A program made the position numbers and the translations under genes. Positions 26,168-36,653 of a stretch of DNA of 64,000 nucleotides are shown here, one piece after another (position 1 is the stretch's first letter; every line of letters begins with the position of its first letter). The notes under the pieces are model-generated. The model had not been told where the DNA came from. It was given only the letters and a program-made list of their open reading frames with translations, and did no database searches. Origin of the DNA: Alteromonas sp. (GTDB taxonomy: Bacteria > Margulisbacteria > Marinamargulisbacteria > UBA6595); the NCBI GenBank assembly GCA_964220215.1, contig CAXPTH010000022.1, forward strand, positions 194 through 64,193, read 5' to 3'.

Positions 26168-26529
26168 CTCGGTATCGGTATCAGTTGGGACAAGCGGGGG
26201 AAGGGGTGGCCGTTCAGTATTTACAATCCAACGGATATCGAATATTGGCGCGCAACTTTCGGACACAGTTTGGTGAAGTGGATGTGATTGTTCAACCGCT
26301 AGACCAACCCGATTTGGTGGTTATTGTAGAAGTGAAAACGTATCATACGAATCACGTGGATCCTGTTTGGTCCATTACACCGAAAAAATACCAACGTTTG
26401 GTGCATATGGCCACGGTTTATCAAGGCATTCATCAGTGCGAAGATGTTCAGTTTCGATTTGATTTAGTGCTGGTCAAAGCCGGAGCGGTATACCGTCACA
26501 TTGAGGCGATTGAACCGCCGCCCAATTGA
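26164..26529 (+). CDS. yraN: YraN-family (UPF0102) endonuclease-like protein
   Basis: GEGVAVQYL...GYRILARNFR...GEVDVIV...VIVEVKT. Confidence 0.85.
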   Translation: MTRYRYQLGQAGEGVAVQYLQSNGYRILARNFRTQFGEVDVIVQPLDQPDLVVIVEVKTYHTNHVDPVWSITPKKYQRLVHMATVYQGIHQCEDVQFRFDLVLVKAGAVYRHIEAIEPPPN

Positions 26530-27530
26530 CCACAAGCGGCCACAATGTCTTGGCCTTTTGGGTGCCGAATGGTTGCCTGAAGCCCACGGCTTTTAATGCT
26601 ATCCGCAATTGCATAGAGGGTGGTTTCGGACACGGGCTCATAAGGAATCGACGGATGTGGGTTTAAATTAATTAAATTGATTTTTGCATTTAAATACGTT
26701 CCCAATCGACACAGCTCATCAATGGCTTCAGGATCATCGTTGGTGTGTTTGAGCAGGGTGTATTCGAGGGTTAATTTCCGATTGTGTTGGCTGTGGTATT
26801 GGTGCAAGACTTGGGCGACATCCAAAATGGAGAATCGTTTTTCAATGGGCATAATAGCGAGCCGTTTTTGCGGATTGGCATGCCCGACGGAAAATGCCAA
26901 GTTTAAGGTGATATCACGATCAATCAAATACTGGATGCCTGGAATGATCCCGGATGTTGACACGGTAATTTTTCGTTTGCCAATTCCCATGGCTTTGGGA
27001 TGATTTAAAATTTCAATCGCAGCAACCACGGCCTGTACGTTCGCCAGCGGTTCTCCCATGCCCATAAACACAAGTCGAGAAATTGGCGTGTCTTGGTCCG
27101 CTAAGACAACTTGCCCAACAATTTCATCCACGGTTAAATTGCGGCTCAATCCCATGGTGCCCGTGACACAAAACCGACACCCAATGCCGCAGCCACACTG
27201 ACTGGATACGCATAAGGTATAGCCGGTTTTCTCTTTAAGAACCACCGCCTCAACCCGTTGGTTATCGTGCAGTTGAACGGCATACTTGGTGGCAGACTGA
27301 TCAGCAGCCACTTGTTTGGCCACAATGTGCAGGGGATCCACTGTGTAATGTTCGTTGAGCCACGCTTGGGTGGCCTTGCCAATATTGGTCATGCGCGCCA
27401 CAGTGGGTGCGTGGTGCTGATAGACCCATTGCAACACTTGGTCACATCGATACCCGGGTTGCCCGGCATCCACAAAGTGTTGGCGTAACGTGTCGGGATG
27501 AATCCCCAGGAGTGCTTGTTTGTTTGTCAT
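26496..27530 (-). CDS. rlmN: 23S rRNA/tRNA A2503/A37-C2 methyltransferase RlmN (radical SAM)
   Basis: CVSSQCGCGIGCRFCVTG (CxxxCxxC); MGMGEPL; C-terminal ACGQL. Convergent 34-nt overlap with yraN. Confidence 0.93.
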   Translation of the reverse strand: MTNKQALLGIHPDTLRQHFVDAGQPGYRCDQVLQWVYQHHAPTVARMTNIGKATQAWLNEHYTVDPLHIVAKQVAADQSATKYAVQLHDNQRVEAVVLKEKTGYTLCVSSQCGCGIGCRFCVTGTMGLSRNLTVDEIVGQVVLADQDTPISRLVFMGMGEPLANVQAVVAAIEILNHPKAMGIGKRKITVSTSGIIPGIQYLIDRDITLNLAFSVGHANPQKRLAIMPIEKRFSILDVAQVLHQYHSQHNRKLTLEYTLLKHTNDDPEAIDELCRLGTYLNAKINLINLNPHPSIPYEPVSETTLYAIADSIKSRGLQATIRHPKGQDIVAACGQLGGGSIASM

Positions 27531-27749
27531 AATCTGATCTAATCAGTATACCAGTGTCTGGGCAGGTTGCCCAAGGGGGCGGGTAGAGACGATATAAAAG
27601 TATATTAAAAATCTGGTTATTTAACTCTCTTTGTGAGCCCCCAATGGTTCGTATGACTGGCTGGCCTAAATTGAATCAGCAATCATGTATCCATGACTAT
27701 ACCCTGTTTTTGCTTTTTTTAAACATTTTTTGATATTATTGATAGTTCA

Positions 27750-28526
27750 ATGCTCCAAAATGCTCATTTGTGCTATGCCAACATTGAACTCGTTAGCTCG
27801 GGTCGGGATGCTGTTTCGGTGGTTGCACGCAAAGCCTTTGTAGATGGCGAATTAATTGAGTGTGTCCCGTATACCATTGCCAGTGGGGACCAGCCCACAC
27901 GGTACGTTCGATATTCGGTGTATTATCCGCCATTAAATGAATGGATATGCTTGCTTGGATTTGGGAATTATTACACAATTCATGAGTCGGCCAATGCGCG
28001 ACTGGTTTTTTCAACTGGGGATCTCCAACAGCCTGAAAATCAGTATGTGAATATTGTGGCGGATGGCGCTATTGCGTCGGGGGAATCGATTGTTTTGCCC
28101 CCAGTGAGTACCACACAACCAACACCGCCGAATTTAATGGATTATTACGCCAATATTTATGTTGATCAATCGCCATTGGGTGGCCGCGGGGTATTTGCTA
28201 AAAAATCGTTTCAAGAAAATGAAATTATTGAAATTGCCCCATACATTAAAGACAATCACCATAAGACAGGCGCTGGGTTTGGACTGAATGTTTTTTCCAG
28301 CACAATTGAGGGGGACTCCGATGTGTTTGTGATGGGGTATGGGTCGTTGTATAATCATAGTTTTGAACCCAATGTTTACTATGAATTGTACATGCCGGAG
28401 TTGGCCGTGCCGTATGCGCAATTTTATGTGTACAAGGCTAAAGTTCCGATTGCGATGCATCAAGAATGTTGTATTAGTTATGGTGAGGCGTACTGGAAAG
28501 ATCGCCAAGACGAATTAAAAAAATAA
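27750..28526 (+). CDS. Tandem SET-domain protein (degenerate N-terminal copy plus canonical C-terminal copy)
   Basis: C-terminal half: GRGVFAKKSFQENEIIEIAPY, GYGSLYNHSFEPNVYY, ECCISYG. N-terminal half: VVARKAFVDGELIECVPY...GFGNYYTIHESANA, the same layout but with the NHS motif lost. Lower GC than its neighbours. Confidence 0.75.
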   Translation: MLQNAHLCYANIELVSSGRDAVSVVARKAFVDGELIECVPYTIASGDQPTRYVRYSVYYPPLNEWICLLGFGNYYTIHESANARLVFSTGDLQQPENQYVNIVADGAIASGESIVLPPVSTTQPTPPNLMDYYANIYVDQSPLGGRGVFAKKSFQENEIIEIAPYIKDNHHKTGAGFGLNVFSSTIEGDSDVFVMGYGSLYNHSFEPNVYYELYMPELAVPYAQFYVYKAKVPIAMHQECCISYGEAYWKDRQDELKK

Positions 28527-28535
28527 AGGATTAAA

Positions 28536-29960
28536 ATGAAAACATACTATCAGTTATTTGCGTTGGGTGTTTTGCCGCTGGCTATTTGTGTGGGTGCTTC
28601 AGGATTATCCAACCCCATTTGTTTGTTTGTTGCATGTTTATGGCTCATGCTGGTGTGGTGGTCCACGGAGGCAGTGCCCCTGGCGGTCACGGCATTGGTA
28701 CCCATTGTGTTGTTTCCGTTGTTGGGCATCATGGATTTGGGGGCCGTGACGCGCAACTACGCCAACCCCATTGTCTTTTTATTTATGGGGGGGTTTTTTA
28801 TTGCCAAGTCCTTGGAAGTTTGGGGGCTGCATCGCCGAATTGCGTTTATTATTGTTTCAATTTGCCCGGGATCGCCCCGAGGCATTTTAGCCGGTTTTAT
28901 GCTGGCAACGGCAAGTTTGTCCATGTGGATATCCAATACCGCTACCACGATTATGATGGTGTCTATTGGTATGTCTGTGGCCAGTTACTTGTCGGAATTG
29001 GCCGACTTGGACGAATCCGTTGCGGTGCGTATTAACGCAACGTTAATGTTGGGAATTGCCTATTCGGCATCGATTGGTGGCTCGGCTACATTAATTGGAA
29101 CCCCCCCCAATTTGTTTTTAGCGACATTTTTGCAAGAACGCTATGGCATCGTGCTGGATATGGCTGCTTGGATGCGCTACGGGATACCCTATTTGTGCAT
29201 TATGTTGCCAGTGGCTTGGGGATATTTGAGTTGGACCATGGGTCCGGTTCGGTCCCAGTCATTTGACGCGATTAAGGGCGTGATTCGAGATCAACTGGCA
29301 CAATTGGGGCGTATTACACCTCAAGAAACGCGCGTGTTAATTATTTTTGTGGTGACCGCGCTGGCTTGGGTGGGGCGTCGAACACTCAATCATTGGCTGG
29401 GCGGGCCAATTTTATCAGACACAACCATTGCCATGGCGGGTGCTATGGTGCTGTTTTTATGGCCGGTTGTGGCGCATGGGAATGGCGCAAAAAAGCGAAC
29501 AGCTTTGCTAACGTGGGATCAGGCGCAAACGATCCCGTGGGGTGTTTTACTGTTGTTTGGCGCTGGATTGAGCATTGCTACAGGGGTTTCTGAAACGGGC
29601 TTGCAGGCGCTGATTATGAATCAAGTGGCAATGGTGGATCAATGGCCGGTGTGGGCGTTAATCGTGGGCCTGACCATTGCAACCTTGGCGATTACCGAAG
29701 TCAGTTCAAATTTAGCCTCTGTGGCCATGTTGCTGCCGCTCATTGCAGCTGTGGCTGTGCAAATTGGCGTGCCCTTGCTGCTGGTGTGTGTGCCGGTCAC
29801 GTTAGCCGCTTCAGCGGCATTTATGTTGCCCATATCCACGCCCCCCAACGCCATTGTACTGGCCTACCGGCCACTGACTATTCGCATGATGGTGACTCGA
29901 GGGGTTGTGCTTAATATTGTGTCAATAATTAGTATTTTGTCTGTTGTGGCCATTATGTAA
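28536..29960 (+). CDS. SLC13/DASS-family anion:Na+ symporter
   Basis: 474 aa, polytopic. Two hairpin signatures: SNTATTIMM and a second repeat half with SNLASVAM...PPNA. Confidence 0.8.
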   Translation: MKTYYQLFALGVLPLAICVGASGLSNPICLFVACLWLMLVWWSTEAVPLAVTALVPIVLFPLLGIMDLGAVTRNYANPIVFLFMGGFFIAKSLEVWGLHRRIAFIIVSICPGSPRGILAGFMLATASLSMWISNTATTIMMVSIGMSVASYLSELADLDESVAVRINATLMLGIAYSASIGGSATLIGTPPNLFLATFLQERYGIVLDMAAWMRYGIPYLCIMLPVAWGYLSWTMGPVRSQSFDAIKGVIRDQLAQLGRITPQETRVLIIFVVTALAWVGRRTLNHWLGGPILSDTTIAMAGAMVLFLWPVVAHGNGAKKRTALLTWDQAQTIPWGVLLLFGAGLSIATGVSETGLQALIMNQVAMVDQWPVWALIVGLTIATLAITEVSSNLASVAMLLPLIAAVAVQIGVPLLLVCVPVTLAASAAFMLPISTPPNAIVLAYRPLTIRMMVTRGVVLNIVSIISILSVVAIM

Positions 29961-29989
29961 TTGCCGAAGCCGTTTATTTTTGGTAAAAT
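29961..29989 (+). promoter_or_regulatory. Sigma70-type promoter upstream of nqrA
   Basis: TTGCCG (29961..29966), 17-nt spacer ending in TGG, then TAAAAT (29984..29989), i.e. an extended -10 of form TGnTAAAAT. It lies 50 nt upstream of the nqrA ATG. Confidence 0.5.
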
Positions 29990-30038
29990 TTTATACTTAA
30001 TAAGAAGCGTTAGTAGAAAATAATAGAGAGTAGCAATT

Positions 30039-31397
30039 ATGACAACGAGTATTCACAAAGATATAAAAGTCCCCAATGGTTATTCACTCGCGCTTGCGGG
30101 TGTTCCCAGTGATGGGATTCGAGACTTAGCCCCCCCTCAGCAGTGTGTTTTGTCTCCGTCTGCTATTCCATTCTTGAAGCCGAAGTTGGCCATCAAAGAG
30201 GGTGATGCCGTTCAAAAAGGTGCGGTCTTGTTTTATGATAAAGCCCGCCCAACCATTCGGTACATGTCTCCGGTTTCCGGCTATGTGAGTGCGATTGAAT
30301 ATGGCCCTCGACGTGTGATTGATGCAATTCGCATTGATGTGAATGACAGCCTGGGTGTTGTTGAAAACCCAGCGCATACGGAAGCGTCAATTCAAGAGCT
30401 AGATCGCGACACGATTGTTTCGCTGTTGGAGACGGGTGGATTGTGGCGAACCCTTAAGGCATTGCCGTTTCGAGCCATTGCGTCGTCGTCGGTGGTGCCG
30501 CCATCGATTATTGTTGCGCTGGGAGACAACGAGCCGCACAGCCCGTCCGCTTCGAGTGTTTTAGCCGGTCGTGATGCTGAAATTCGAGCGGGGATTCTAG
30601 CGTTAAAGAAGCTAGCGCCCACCGTCCATGTGGTGGCCCATCGGTCGGATACCAGCACGCAGCATATGCTGTCCGATCTCATCACCGTTCACGCCGATGG
30701 GGATTTTCCATCGTTGGATCCGGGTGTTATTTTGCATGGTATTAAACAAACATCGGACGATAATTCAGCCTGGTATGTCCAGTATCAAGATGTGATTCGC
30801 ATGGGTCAGTTGTTGTTAACCGGAGAGTACCCATCTGAGATTGTTGCGGTTGTTTCGGGGCCACTTGTCAAAAAGCCCGAGCATATTCGCACCATTGAAG
30901 GTGTTCCATACAAGCATGCGTTGGCGCAGTTGCCGTCAGGGAATGCCCGGTACCTATCTGGGGGGGTGTATACCGGTCGGTTGAGTACTCGGGAAGGGTC
31001 ATTAAGTTACAGCGAATATGCGATTCATGTGCTGCCTGAGCGCTACGAGCGAGAATTGCTGCACTTTTTTATGCCGGGTGCGCAAAAGCCCAGTTACTTT
31101 CGCACCTTTGTATCGGCGTTGTTGCCTAAGAAACAATCCGAAGCATCGACTAATTTGAATGGTGGGGTTCGAGCGTGTATTGCGTGCAGCGCCTGCCCAG
31201 ATGTTTGTCCGGTGGGTATTTTGCCCCAGTTTTTAGCCAAGGCGTTGTACAACAATGACATTGAAGGGGCGCTAGACTTAGGGCTTTTGGATTGTGCAGA
31301 GTGTGGGTTGTGCTCGCATATTTGCCCATCAAAAATTGAATTAACGGCCATATTTAAAGCGGCTAAACAACGATTGTATAAGGAATCCATGGTATGA
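30039..31397 (+). CDS. nqrA: Na+-translocating NADH:quinone oxidoreductase subunit A
   Basis: 452 aa; first gene of a collinear nqrABCDEF set. N-terminal lipoyl-like fold region (GDAVQKGAVLF). An unusual Cys cluster, CIACSACPDVCPVG...CAECGLCSHICP, near the C-terminus. Confidence 0.85.
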   Translation: MTTSIHKDIKVPNGYSLALAGVPSDGIRDLAPPQQCVLSPSAIPFLKPKLAIKEGDAVQKGAVLFYDKARPTIRYMSPVSGYVSAIEYGPRRVIDAIRIDVNDSLGVVENPAHTEASIQELDRDTIVSLLETGGLWRTLKALPFRAIASSSVVPPSIIVALGDNEPHSPSASSVLAGRDAEIRAGILALKKLAPTVHVVAHRSDTSTQHMLSDLITVHADGDFPSLDPGVILHGIKQTSDDNSAWYVQYQDVIRMGQLLLTGEYPSEIVAVVSGPLVKKPEHIRTIEGVPYKHALAQLPSGNARYLSGGVYTGRLSTREGSLSYSEYAIHVLPERYERELLHFFMPGAQKPSYFRTFVSALLPKKQSEASTNLNGGVRACIACSACPDVCPVGILPQFLAKALYNNDIEGALDLGLLDCAECGLCSHICPSKIELTAIFKAAKQRLYKESMV

Positions 31398-32578
31398 AGA
31401 AGTATATAGAAAGTCTGTTTCATAGTCTTGAGCAGCATGTAAAACCGGGCAAACAGTATTCAAAACTGTATCCATTGTTCGAAGCGTTTGAAAGCTTTGC
31501 GTTGTCTGTTCGAACAGTTACGCAAAAAGCCCCGTTTATTCGAGATTTTATTGATACCAAGCGATACATGAATTTGGTTATTTTATCGATGTTGCCGTGT
31601 TTGATATTTGGCATTTTTAATGTGGGGTACCAATCGCATCTAGCAGCTGGACTTCCCTTGGATATCGTGTCCATTATGACCGTTGGGATTATGCGGGTGA
31701 TTCCCTTGTTAATTATTTCCTATGGTGTGGGCCTGGGTTGGGAGTTTTTGAGTGCAATTATTCGGGGGCATGAAGTGTCTGAAGGTTATTTGGTCAGCGC
31801 CATGTTGATTGTTTTAACGTTGCCCCCGACCATTCCCTTGTGGCAGGCGGCAGTCGGGGTGACTTTTGGTGTTATTGTGGGCAAAGAGGTATTTGGGGGT
31901 AGTGGCCGAAATTTCTTAAACCCAGCGTTGACCACGCGAGCCTTCTTGTTTTTTTCTTTTCCAGCTCAGTTAAGCGGGGACACCGTTTGGACGTATTTGA
32001 TGGTTGGGAAAGATCAATTAATCGATGGGTACAGTGGGGCGACGGCATTGGCCGTTGCTGCCAGTGCCGCCGGGTCGGTCACCGATGCGCTGGTGAGCAG
32101 TGGGTTTACCTTGTCTCAGTTGTTTTTGGGCTTGGTTCCAGGGAGTATTGGTGAGACATCAACCCTATTGGTTCTAGTTGGGGCTGCGTTTTTGCTGCTC
32201 ACGGGTGTCGCCAGTTGGCGAACCATGCTGGGCAGTGTCATTGGCTTGGTGGCTATGAGTAGTTTGTTGATGGTTTTCTCAACGGAAACCACCGTGCCGT
32301 TTTTAAGTCTGCCCCCGCATTGGCATATGGTTATGGGCAGTTTTGCTTTTGGGACGGTGTATATGGCGACGGATCCAGTATCGTCGCCCAGTTTGCATGC
32401 ATCCAAGTGGATTTATGGCATTATGATTGGCGTGCTGACGGTGATTATTCGCTGTGTAAATCCCGCGTATCCGGAGGGGGTTATGTTGGCTATTTTATTA
32501 ATGAATGTATTTGCGCCTGCGCTGGATCATATTTTCGTGCAACGGCATATCAAAGGACGGATTCCCAATGTCATCTAA
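31394..32578 (+). CDS. nqrB: Na+-NQR subunit B
   Basis: RnfD-like polytopic protein; FMN-attachment motif SGATALA. Confidence 0.9.
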   Translation: MKKYIESLFHSLEQHVKPGKQYSKLYPLFEAFESFALSVRTVTQKAPFIRDFIDTKRYMNLVILSMLPCLIFGIFNVGYQSHLAAGLPLDIVSIMTVGIMRVIPLLIISYGVGLGWEFLSAIIRGHEVSEGYLVSAMLIVLTLPPTIPLWQAAVGVTFGVIVGKEVFGGSGRNFLNPALTTRAFLFFSFPAQLSGDTVWTYLMVGKDQLIDGYSGATALAVAASAAGSVTDALVSSGFTLSQLFLGLVPGSIGETSTLLVLVGAAFLLLTGVASWRTMLGSVIGLVAMSSLLMVFSTETTVPFLSLPPHWHMVMGSFAFGTVYMATDPVSSPSLHASKWIYGIMIGVLTVIIRCVNPAYPEGVMLAILLMNVFAPALDHIFVQRHIKGRIPNVI

Positions 32579-33260
32579 TATTAAATCATTTATCTTTGCA
32601 TTTGTAATGTGTTGTGTCGTGGGGCTTTTGCTAACCTTAGCGGCTGAAGGGCTTAAACCATTGCAAGCCCGAAATATGTTGGTCGATCAACAAAAAAATA
32701 TTTTGCGAGCCTTAGGGATCATGCAGTCAACAGACAAGTGGAGCAAAGACCAGGTGCTTGCGGTGTATACCAACACGGTTGAATCTATTTATGTGGATGC
32801 CGCGGGTTCCTTGGTTGAGCAACCCAGTGATGCGGATTTGCCCATGTATGTGATTCGAGACGGCGCGTCCATTCAGCGGTATGCGATTCCATTTAAAGCG
32901 TATGGGCTTTGGAGCTGGATTCACGGCTACATTGCCTTGGATGGGGATGCCAGCACGGTTGTTGGCATGTCTGTGTATAAGCATGCGGAGACTCCTGGCT
33001 TGGGGGGTGAGTGCGATAAGCCTTGGTTTTTGAACCAGTTTATTGATAAAAAAATTCGAAAGCCAAACGGTCAGTTGGTATCGGTTGGCGTTGTTAAGGG
33101 AAAAGTGGCGGATACTATTGCGTCTGATCAGCAGGCCTATTACGTGGACGGCATGAGTGGGGCCACGATTACAGGCGTTGGTATTGAGCGAGATTTACGC
33201 ACAACACTGCAACAGTATGAAGGGTTTGCGAGTGCATTATTGAAGGAAAAACAATCATGA
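32568..33260 (+). CDS. nqrC: Na+-NQR subunit C
   Basis: Start at the ATG at 32568 (MSSNIKSFIFAFV..., TM anchor) overlapping the nqrB stop. FMN-attachment motif SGATITG. Confidence 0.88.
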   Translation: MSSNIKSFIFAFVMCCVVGLLLTLAAEGLKPLQARNMLVDQQKNILRALGIMQSTDKWSKDQVLAVYTNTVESIYVDAAGSLVEQPSDADLPMYVIRDGASIQRYAIPFKAYGLWSWIHGYIALDGDASTVVGMSVYKHAETPGLGGECDKPWFLNQFIDKKIRKPNGQLVSVGVVKGKVADTIASDQQAYYVDGMSGATITGVGIERDLRTTLQQYEGFASALLKEKQS

Positions 33261-33874
33261 AGATATCCAAAACCGCTGCGTATAAAACATTTACAGCCCC
33301 GTTGGTATCGGCCAATCCAATTGCCGTGGCCGTGTTGGGGATTTGTTCAGCCTTAGCTGTTACCACCCAGGTCTTGCCATCGATTGTGATGATGTTGGCG
33401 ATGACGTTTGTATTGGCATCGTCCAACGTGGTTATTTCATTGCTTAGAAATTATATTCCCAAAAACATTCGTATCATTGTTGAGTTGGTTGTGATTGCGT
33501 CTCTTGTTATCTTGGCGGATCAGTTACTCAAAGCGTTCTTGTACGATGTGAGTAAGCAGTTATCCGTATTTGTCTCGCTGATTGTAACCAACTGTATTAT
33601 TATGGGGCGTGCCGAAGCCTTTGCCTTGGGTAATGGCCCTTGGCTATCGTTTTGGGATGGTTTGGGCAATGGCTTGGGATATGGCTATATTTTGGTGGTT
33701 GTGTCCGCATTTCGAGAGCTTTTAGGTGCTGGCACGTTGTTGGGGTTTCAAATTGTTCCCGACGCAGCGTATGCCGCTGGCTATGTGGACATGGGCTTGA
33801 TGGTCTTGGCACCGGGTGTCTTTATTACAATTGGATTGTTGGTGTGGTTGCAAAATAAGTGGACGGGTCGTTAG
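33257..33874 (+). CDS. nqrD: Na+-NQR subunit D
   Basis: 205 aa; RnfE/NqrD-like, six TM helices. Confidence 0.9.
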   Translation: MKISKTAAYKTFTAPLVSANPIAVAVLGICSALAVTTQVLPSIVMMLAMTFVLASSNVVISLLRNYIPKNIRIIVELVVIASLVILADQLLKAFLYDVSKQLSVFVSLIVTNCIIMGRAEAFALGNGPWLSFWDGLGNGLGYGYILVVVSAFRELLGAGTLLGFQIVPDAAYAAGYVDMGLMVLAPGVFITIGLLVWLQNKWTGR

Positions 33875-33876
33875 GT

Positions 33877-34488
33877 ATGGAAGCATTAATTAGTTTATTT
33901 ATCGAATCAGTTTTTATTAACAATATCTTATTGGCGTTGTTTTTGGGCATGTGTACGTTTTTGGCCTGTTCAAAAAATATTTTTACGGCCCATAAATTGG
34001 GGCTTGCGGTTATCTTTGTTCTGAGCATTACAGTGCCGACCAACTGGTTAATCAATCACTTTTTATTATCCCCAGGGGCACTGGCTTGGATGGGGTTTCC
34101 CACGGTTGACTTAAGCTTTCTGCATCTGGTTGTCTTTATTGCAACCATTGCGGCCATGGTTCAAATTGTGGAAATGGTGATGGAGCGATACGATCCGGCG
34201 TTGCATAGCTCGTTGGGGATCTTCTTGCCGTTGATTGCCGTAAACTGTGCCATTTTAGGCACCTCGTTGTTTATGCGTGAGCGTCAGTATAACTTTTCGG
34301 AGTCGGTTGTTTTTGGCTTGGGGTCCGGAATCGGGTGGTATTTGGCAATTGTGGCGATGGCTGCTGTGCTTCAAAAACTGCGCTACGCTGACTTGCCGAA
34401 GGGATTGGACGGATTTGCCATCAATATGATTACGACTGGTTTAATAGCAATGGCCTTTATGGCATTTGCGGGGATAAAATTATCATGA
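33877..34488 (+). CDS. nqrE: Na+-NQR subunit E
   Basis: Start at the ATG at 33877 ([16 protein letters not shown]...), just after the nqrD stop. RnfA/NqrE-like. Confidence 0.9.
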   Translation: MEALISLFIESVFINNILLALFLGMCTFLACSKNIFTAHKLGLAVIFVLSITVPTNWLINHFLLSPGALAWMGFPTVDLSFLHLVVFIATIAAMVQIVEMVMERYDPALHSSLGIFLPLIAVNCAILGTSLFMRERQYNFSESVVFGLGSGIGWYLAIVAMAAVLQKLRYADLPKGLDGFAINMITTGLIAMAFMAFAGIKLS

Positions 34489-35705
34489 TAACGTATACAG
34501 CAAGTTTCTTAGTGTTTACGGGCATTATTATGCTCTTGGTTTTAATTCTTTACATTATTCAAACGCGGGTGGTTCAGACGGCGGACTGTTTGGTATTAAT
34601 TAACGATGATGCGTCCAAAAGCCCTACGGTTGCCTCGGGAACTAACTTATTAACGGCATTGTCCGATGAAAAGATTTTTATTCCATCCGCTTGTGGCGGT
34701 GGGGGAAGCTGTGCCATGTGTAAAGTGCAGGTGTTAGACGGGGGTGGCGATATTTTGCCGACAGAGTTACCCCATCTGTCCTTGAATGAGCGAAAAAACA
34801 ACGTTCGGTTGGGCTGTCAGGTTAAAGTGAAATCGGATATCAAAATCAAAATCCCAGATGAGATTTTTAGTATTCAAAAGTTTACTTGTGAGGTTGTGTC
34901 CAACCACAACGTGGCAACGTTCATTAAAGAACTCGTCTTGAAATTGCCCGAGGGCATGAAGTTTGATTTTACGGCTGGCGGGTACATTCAAACCTATATT
35001 CCACCCTATGACTTATCGTTTAAATCATTTGATATTGAAGATGAGTACAAAGACGAATGGGATCGCTATAACTTATGGGATTTAAATGCCAGCAACGATG
35101 AAGAAATTTTTCGGGCGTATTCCATGGCCAGTTACCCGGGCGATGACAATGTCATTATTTTAAATGTGCGTATCGCAACCCCACCCCCTGGGAAAGATGT
35201 GATGCCGGGTATCGGATCATCGTATATTTTTAATTTAAAGCCTGGCGATACCATAGAATTAAGTGGTGCATATGGCGAATTTTTTGCCAAAGATACCAAC
35301 CGAGAAATGTGTTTTATTGGGGGCGGTGCGGGAATGGCCCCTATGCGCAGTCATATTTTTGATCAGCTCAAACGGCTCAGTAGCAAACGGCGCATTACCT
35401 TTTGGTATGGCGCTCGGTCTCGACGGGAAATGTTTTATGATGATGAGTTTAAAGAGTTGGCAAAAAAGAACCCCAATTTTACCTACCATGTTGCGTTATC
35501 TGACCCACAGCCCGAAGACAATTGGGAGGGTTACCAAGGGTTTATACACACCGTTTTAAAAGAAGAATATTTAGATCAGCACGAGGATCCCACTGAAATT
35601 GAGTACTATCTGTGTGGCCCTCCGATGATGCTCTCTGCGTCGATGGGCATGTTGGATGCGATTGGCGTTGAAAAGGAAATGATCGCATTTGATGATTTCG
35701 GCTAG
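34485..35705 (+). CDS. nqrF: Na+-NQR subunit F
   Basis: TM anchor; 2Fe-2S motif [12 protein letters not shown]; FAD motif RAYSMAS; NAD motif GGGAGMAP. Confidence 0.95.
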   Translation: MITYTASFLVFTGIIMLLVLILYIIQTRVVQTADCLVLINDDASKSPTVASGTNLLTALSDEKIFIPSACGGGGSCAMCKVQVLDGGGDILPTELPHLSLNERKNNVRLGCQVKVKSDIKIKIPDEIFSIQKFTCEVVSNHNVATFIKELVLKLPEGMKFDFTAGGYIQTYIPPYDLSFKSFDIEDEYKDEWDRYNLWDLNASNDEEIFRAYSMASYPGDDNVIILNVRIATPPPGKDVMPGIGSSYIFNLKPGDTIELSGAYGEFFAKDTNREMCFIGGGAGMAPMRSHIFDQLKRLSSKRRITFWYGARSRREMFYDDEFKELAKKNPNFTYHVALSDPQPEDNWEGYQGFIHTVLKEEYLDQHEDPTEIEYYLCGPPMMLSASMGMLDAIGVEKEMIAFDDFG

Positions 35706-35708
35706 GGT

Positions 35709-36653
35709 GTGTCACAAGTCCCTGTGAGTCTGAGCAACCGATACGCCATGAACCCATGGCGTATCGCCTTTATTGCCTTAGCTATACTTATCGCCCTTTA
35801 TTTTTGGCCAAGAGAAACCGTGATTCAAGGGGAAACCATGGGGACTACCTATACGATTAAATATTGGTCCCGACGGCCGTATAGTAAGGGCGGCTTAGCC
35901 CGAGATACCGCTGCTGAATTGGACCGGCTCACGCGCATTTTTTCAACGTATCACGCTAATACTGAAATTCAACAGTTAAATCAGGGTGGGGGAACGTATA
36001 CGCTGTCACCGGATATGACCACCGTACTGGAAACGGCGCTGGCCATTGCCCAAAAAACCCAAGGCGCGTATGACATTACCGTGGAGCCGTTGTATGCCCT
36101 ATGGGGGTTTAAAGACCACGCGGTTCAAATTCCCGATCCCGTTGCCATTCAGCGGACGCGGGCGCGTGTGGGGTATCAGCGCTTGCAATTGGTCGGGAAT
36201 CAATTAACCAAGCCCGCGGATATGCAGCTGGATCTATCGTCCTTGGCTAAAGGCTATGCCGTGGATCAATTGGCTGAATTGGTGGCGGACACCGTGCCCA
36301 ATTTTATGATTGAAATCGGTGGGGAGGTGGTGGCCCGGGGGCATTCCCTTCGCAAGAAAGCCTGGGTGGTTGGCATTGAAGATCCAAATCAGCCCGGAAA
36401 AGTCAAACAGCCCATAGCGCTCCATAACGAAGCCTTAGCTACCAGTGGCACCTATCGCAATACCGTTCAGATTGACGGGCAGCACTATGCCCATATTCTA
36501 GACCCACGGACAGGGTATCCGGTCCAATTAGGCGTTGCCTCGGTATCCGTCAAAGCCCCAACGTGCTTGTTGGCGGATGCTTGGGCAACGGCGTTGCTAT
36601 TGCTGAAGCCCGACGCTGCGATTGTCCCCGATACACTCCAGGTTTATTACTAA
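35709..36653 (+). CDS. apbE: FAD:protein FMN transferase ApbE
   Basis: GTTYTIKY, LAKGYAVD, SGTYRN...HILDPRTG. Start is uncertain (GTG 35709 or ATG 35748). Confidence 0.88.
   Translation: MSQVPVSLSNRYAMNPWRIAFIALAILIALYFWPRETVIQGETMGTTYTIKYWSRRPYSKGGLARDTAAELDRLTRIFSTYHANTEIQQLNQGGGTYTLSPDMTTVLETALAIAQKTQGAYDITVEPLYALWGFKDHAVQIPDPVAIQRTRARVGYQRLQLVGNQLTKPADMQLDLSSLAKGYAVDQLAELVADTVPNFMIEIGGEVVARGHSLRKKAWVVGIEDPNQPGKVKQPIALHNEALATSGTYRNTVQIDGQHYAHILDPRTGYPVQLGVASVSVKAPTCLLADAWATALLLLKPDAAIVPDTLQVYY

Noticed and set aside
29101-29108. C8 run inside the SLC13/DASS transporter gene as a phase-variation site
   Set aside because: It is shorter, sits in GC-normal DNA and encodes a conserved-looking G-T-P-P-N turn. 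That makes it far less anomalous than the C10 tract in the giant gene.
33600-33860. Alternative-frame ORFs within nqrD and similar short ORFs inside nqrA/B/F
   Set aside because: They lie inside well-supported Nqr subunit frames and have no independent signals.
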